DNA of 64,000 nt from Pseudomonadota bacterium (GTDB taxonomy: Bacteria > Pseudomonadota > Gammaproteobacteria > Xanthomonadales > Wenzhouxiangellaceae), in the NCBI GenBank assembly GCA_013285445.1, contig CP053448.1, forward strand, positions 2,523,530 to 2,587,529, in the 5' to 3' direction. The notes under the pieces were generated by a model. That model worked only from the letters and a program-made list of their open reading frames with translations. It had not been told where the DNA came from and searched no databases. Below are positions 59,948 through 64,000 of this stretch, piece after piece. The stretch's first letter is position 1. Every line of letters starts with the position of its first letter. The position numbers and the translations under genes were made by a program.

Positions 59948-62900
59948 TCAGGATGATTCTTCGAGTTCGATATTGATGCCCAGCGAACGGATTTCCTTCA
60001 CCAGCACGTTGAAGGACTCCGGCATACCTGCGGTCATCTGATAATTGCCGTCGACAATGGACTTGTACATCTGGTTTCGGCCCTGCACATCATCGGACTT
60101 GACGGTCAGCATTTCCTGCAGCGTGTAGGCAGCACCGTATGCTTCCAGTGCCCAAACCTCCATTTCACCGAAGCGCTGACCTCCGAACTGAGCCTTGCCG
60201 CCCAGCGGCTGCTGCGTGACCAGGCTATACGGCCCGGTTGAGCGCGCATGCATCTTGTCGTCGACCAGATGGTTGAGCTTGAGCATGTACATATAGCCCA
60301 CCGTGACCGGCCGATCGAAAGCGTCGCCGCTACGGCCGTCATACAGGGTGGTCTGACCGGTTTCCGGCAGATCGGCCATTGCCAGCAGCTTCTTGATCTC
60401 CTCTTCGGCAGCGCCGTCAAACACCGGCGTAGCCATCGGAACTCCGCCCGTGAGGTTATCGGCCATCTCCAAGACCTCGTCATCGGAGAACTGCTTCATG
60501 TCGACCCGGCCAGCCTGGTCGGAGTTGTAGATCTCGCCCAGGAACTGCCTGACCTTGGCCGCCTTCTCGTTGGCCTCGAGCATCGCCTGGATCTTCTTGC
60601 CCAGACCGCGCGCAGCCCAACCCAGATGTGTTTCCAGCACCTGTCCGATGTTCATGCGCGAGGGCACGCCGAGCGGATTGAGCACAATATCGACCGGCGT
60701 TCCGTCTTCCATGAACGGCATGTCCTCGGTCGGCACGATGGTCGAGATCACGCCCTTGTTGCCGTGACGGCCTGCCATCTTGTCACCGGGCTGCATGCGG
60801 CGTTTAACCGCCAGATAGACCTTGACCATCTTGAGCACGGCCGGTGCCAGCTCGTCGCCCCGCGTGATCTTGTCCTTCTTTTCATCGAAACGCTTTTCGA
60901 ATGCCTTGCGCTGGGCCTCGATCTGGCGCGCCGCGCGCTCCAGCATGTCCTGGGCTTCGTCATTGCGCATGCGCAACTTGAACCAGTCATCACGCTTGAG
61001 CTCGTCCAGGTAAGCCTGGGTGATCTTGGCACCCTTCTTGAGCCCGGCAGGCCCCTTGTCGGCAACCTTGCCCACCAGCACCAACTGCAGGCGCGCGAAT
61101 ATGGCGTCCTCCATGATCCGCAGCTGATCATCAAGGTCCTTGCGCACGCGCCGGATCTCGTCCTTTTCGATCGAGATGGCGCGGGCGTCCTTGTCAACCC
61201 CTTCACGGGTAAAGACCTGCACATCAATGACAGTACCATCCATACCGGTCGGCACTCGCAGCGAGGTGTCCTTTACGTCGGAAGCCTTTTCACCGAAGAT
61301 CGCCCGGAGCAGTTTCTCTTCCGGCGTCAGCTGCGCCTCGCCCTTCGGCGTGACCTTTCCAACCAGAATGTCACCGGCCTTGACCTCGGCCCCGATGTAG
61401 ACAATGCCCGACTCGTCAAGCTTGGCCAGCGTTGATTCACCAACGTTGGGAATGTCACCGGTAATTTCTTCCGATCCGAGCTTGGTATCACGCGCCACGC
61501 AGGTCAGCTCCTCGATGTGAATCGAGGTAAAGCGGTCCTCCTGGACGACCCGTTCGGAAATCAGGATCGAGTCCTCGAAGTTGTAACCGTTCCAGGGCAT
61601 GAATGCGCACAGCATGTTCTGCCCCAGCGCCAGCTCACCCAGGTCTGTTGACGGGCCATCAGCCAGAACATCCTTCTTTGCGACCCGATCGCCGACCTTG
61701 ACCAGCGGGCGCTGATTCATGCAGGTGTTCTGGTTGGAACGCTGGTACTTCACCAGATTGTAGATATCAACGCCGGGATCGTTGTCCCCGACTTCTTCTT
61801 CATTGGCACGGACCACGATGCGGCCCGCATCAACCTGGTCGACCACGCCACCGCGCAACGCAACGGTTGTCACACCCGAATCGGTCGCGACCACGCGCTC
61901 CATTCCGGTCCCCACCAGTGGCTTGTCGACCCGCAGCGTCGGAACCGCCTGACGCTGCATATTGGAGCCCATCAGCGCGCGGTTGGCATCGTCGTGCTCA
62001 AGGAACGGAACGAGCGCCGCCGCCACCGAAGTGATCTGGCGCGGTGAAACGTCCATGTAGTCGACTTCGTCGGAGCGTTTGAGCGTGAACTCACCCTGAT
62101 AGCGGCACGGGATCAGCTCGTCTTTGAACTTGCGGTTGTTGTCCAGATCGGCATTGGCCTGGGCGATCACGTAGTCGCCCTCCTCGATTGCCGAAAGATA
62201 TTCAACCTGGTCGGTGACCTTGGCGCCCTCAACCTTGCGGTAGGCGGTCTCAAGAAAACCGTACTGGTTGGTGCGGGCATAGCAGGCCAGCGAATTGATC
62301 AGGCCGATGTTCGGGCCTTCCGGCGTCTCGATCGGACACAGCCGACCGTAATGGGTCGGATGGACGTCGCGCACCTCGAATCCGGCCCGCTCACGGGTCA
62401 GGCCACCCGGGCCCAGGGCCGAAACACGACGCTTGTGCGTCACCTCCGACAGCGGATTGTTCTGGTCCATGAACTGCGACAGCTGCGAGGAGCCGAAGAA
62501 CTCCTTGATGGCTGCAGCAACCGGTTTGGCATTGATCAGGTCCTGCGGTGCGGAGCCTTCGCTCTCGACCGTGGTCAGTCGCTCGCGCACAACCCGCTCG
62601 ACGCGCACCAGCCCGATCCTGAAGCTGTTCTCGGCCATCTCGCCAACCGAGCGCACACGCCGGTTGCCCAGATGATCAATGTCGTCAACCGATCCGTTAC
62701 CGTTGCGGATATCGATCAGTACGCGAATCACGTCGAGGATATCGTCGCGGTCAAGCACGCCCGGCCCCTCGATCTCCTTGCGGCCAACACGACGGTTGAA
62801 CTTCATCCGGCCCACCGCGGACAAGTCATAACGGTCAGGCGAGAAAAACAGATTCTTGAACAGATTCTGGGCAGCTTCCTTGGTTGGCGGCTCGCCCGGA

Positions 62901-64000
62901 CGCATCATCTTGTAGATCTCCCACAGCGCTTCCAGCTCATTGCTTGTGGGATCGATCCGCAGGGTGTTGGAGACATAGGGTCCCTGATCAAGGTCATTGA
63001 CGTAGAGTACGTCAAAGCGCTTGATGCCGGCCTCGCGCATCGCTGCGAGGACCTCTTCGGTAATCTCGTCGTTTGCCCGAGCGACAAGCTCGCCTGATTC
63101 CGTGTCGACGACGTCATGGGCCAGGATCTTCTCAATGAGATAATCATCAGGCACGTCGAGCGTCTTGACCTTGGCCTGCTCGATGAGCTTGACGTGGCGG
63201 GCCGTGATTCGCCGGTCCTTTTCGACAATCACGTTACCGTCGCCATCGGCGATGTCGAACAGCGCATTTTCACCCCGCAGGCGCTGAGGCACGAGGTTGA
63301 TCTTCGCATCCGACTTGCGCAGGGTCACCTTCGTCTTTTCGAAGAAGTAGTCAAGCATTTCTTCTTCGCTCATGCCGAGCGCGCGCAGCAGGATGGTCAC
63401 CGGCAGTTTGCGCCGCCGATCGATTCGCGTGAAGATGCAATCCTTCGGGTCGAACTCGAAGTCCAGCCACGAGCCGCGATAGGGAATGACGCGCGCCGAA
63501 TACAGAAGCTTGCCCGAGGAATGGGTCTTGCCCTTGTCGTGGTCATAGAACACCCCCGGCGAGCGGTGCATCTGATTGACGATGACCCGCTCGGTGCCGT
63601 TGATGATGAACGTGCCGTTATCGGTCATCAGCGGCAGATCGCCCATGTAGACGTCCTGCTCCTTGACTTCCTTGACCCGCTTGTTTCTTGCGGGACTCTC
63701 CTTGTCGTAGATGATCAGCCGAACCTTGGCACGCAGGGGAGCGCTGTAGCTCATGCCACGCAGCTTGCACTCGGTCACGTCGAATTCCGGCTCACCGAGC
63801 TCGTAATTGACGTACTCCAGGGCCGCGTTGCCCGAATAGCTGGAAATCGGAAAAACGGAGTTGAGCGCCCCGTGCAAACCGACTTCCCGGCGTTCGTCAA
63901 CCGGCACTTCAAGCTGAAGAAACTGCTTGTAGGATTCGATCTGGGTTGCCAGCAGGAACGGCACCTCGAGCACCTGCGGGTGCTTGCCGAAGTCCTTTCG
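59948..64000 (-). CDS. rpoB: DNA-directed RNA polymerase subunit beta (5' end beyond the window)
   Basis: The frame stays open to nt 64000 (...[24 protein letters not shown]...). About 15-20 N-terminal codons are missing because of the window edge. This is not a pseudogene. Confidence 0.97.
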   Translation of the reverse strand, partial: RKDFGKHPQVLEVPFLLATQIESYKQFLQLEVPVDERREVGLHGALNSVFPISSYSGNAALEYVNYELGEPEFDVTECKLRGMSYSAPLRAKVRLIIYDKESPARNKRVKEVKEQDVYMGDLPLMTDNGTFIINGTERVIVNQMHRSPGVFYDHDKGKTHSSGKLLYSARVIPYRGSWLDFEFDPKDCIFTRIDRRRKLPVTILLRALGMSEEEMLDYFFEKTKVTLRKSDAKINLVPQRLRGENALFDIADGDGNVIVEKDRRITARHVKLIEQAKVKTLDVPDDYLIEKILAHDVVDTESGELVARANDEITEEVLAAMREAGIKRFDVLYVNDLDQGPYVSNTLRIDPTSNELEALWEIYKMMRPGEPPTKEAAQNLFKNLFFSPDRYDLSAVGRMKFNRRVGRKEIEGPGVLDRDDILDVIRVLIDIRNGNGSVDDIDHLGNRRVRSVGEMAENSFRIGLVRVERVVRERLTTVESEGSAPQDLINAKPVAAAIKEFFGSSQLSQFMDQNNPLSEVTHKRRVSALGPGGLTRERAGFEVRDVHPTHYGRLCPIETPEGPNIGLINSLACYARTNQYGFLETAYRKVEGAKVTDQVEYLSAIEEGDYVIAQANADLDNNRKFKDELIPCRYQGEFTLKRSDEVDYMDVSPRQITSVAAALVPFLEHDDANRALMGSNMQRQAVPTLRVDKPLVGTGMERVVATDSGVTTVALRGGVVDQVDAGRIVVRANEEEVGDNDPGVDIYNLVKYQRSNQNTCMNQRPLVKVGDRVAKKDVLADGPSTDLGELALGQNMLCAFMPWNGYNFEDSILISERVVQEDRFTSIHIEELTCVARDTKLGSEEITGDIPNVGESTLAKLDESGIVYIGAEVKAGDILVGKVTPKGEAQLTPEEKLLRAIFGEKASDVKDTSLRVPTGMDGTVIDVQVFTREGVDKDARAISIEKDEIRRVRKDLDDQLRIMEDAIFARLQLVLVGKVADKGPAGLKKGAKITQAYLDELKRDDWFKLRMRNDEAQDMLERAARQIEAQRKAFEKRFDEKKDKITRGDELAPAVLKMVKVYLAVKRRMQPGDKMAGRHGNKGVISTIVPTEDMPFMEDGTPVDIVLNPLGVPSRMNIGQVLETHLGWAARGLGKKIQAMLEANEKAAKVRQFLGEIYNSDQAGRVDMKQFSDDEVLEMADNLTGGVPMATPVFDGAAEEEIKKLLAMADLPETGQTTLYDGRSGDAFDRPVTVGYMYMLKLNHLVDDKMHARSTGPYSLVTQQPLGGKAQFGGQRFGEMEVWALEAYGAAYTLQEMLTVKSDDVQGRNQMYKSIVDGNYQMTAGMPESFNVLVKEIRSLGINIELEESS

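Noticed and set aside
59948-64000. rpoB lacking its start codon, considered as a possible pseudogene
   Set aside because: The frame is open to the last base of the window, and the sequence at the edge ([10 protein letters not shown]) is near the normal N-terminus. The truncation is due to the window, not to decay.

Overview
This 64-kb window is a visibly GC-rich stretch (roughly 60-65 % by eye, not computed) of a gammaproteobacterial-type chromosome. I found no rRNA, tRNA, CRISPR array, transposase, integrase or phage genes. From 37.7 kb to 64 kb, all on the minus strand, lies the canonical transcription/translation super-cluster. It runs rpoB (5'-truncated by the window edge), rpoC, the str operon (rpsL-rpsG-fusA-tuf), the S10 operon, the spc operon (including secY and rpmJ) and the alpha operon (rpsM-rpsK-rpsD-rpoA-rplQ). 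A terminator and truB follow. The left 37 kb holds housekeeping and accessory metabolism. These genes include the tail of an FtsX-type permease, rarA, an acyl-CoA synthetase, an AhpD-like protein, a DUF3524 glycosyltransferase and a glutamine amidotransferase. There is a 3-hydroxybutyrate-oligomer hydrolase / bdhA / LuxR-type response-regulator cluster. A large secreted parallel beta-helix protein sits divergent from an ECF sigma factor, followed by an M14 cytosolic-type carboxypeptidase, truC and a membrane Ser/Thr kinase with a TPR domain. A complete MarR-controlled homogentisate (tyrosine catabolism) operon is present (hppD-hmgA-FAH-maiA). Further genes are DUF4398/OmpA lipoproteins, reverse transsulfuration (CBS + CGL), an FHA-domain protein, truD, a membrane-tethered winged-helix regulator with a small exported partner, ftsB, dapE, mtfA, an ATL protein, trmJ and suhB. 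Four things are not explained by ordinary annotation. (1) A family of GGTTTCC/CGGAAAC heptamer minisatellites, arranged as inverted repeats, fills every intergenic gap of the homogentisate operon and also the tuf-rpsJ spacer. (2) A 169-bp imperfect palindrome lies between suhB and truB. (3) CTGAAAT direct repeats with 11-bp phasing flank the ToxR/CadC-like regulator gene. (4) The ECF sigma has no adjacent anti-sigma gene; the beta-helix exoprotein lies divergent from it and a likely cognate Ser/Thr kinase lies 2.1 kb away. All calls come from reading the sequence and the ORF translations; no database search was run.
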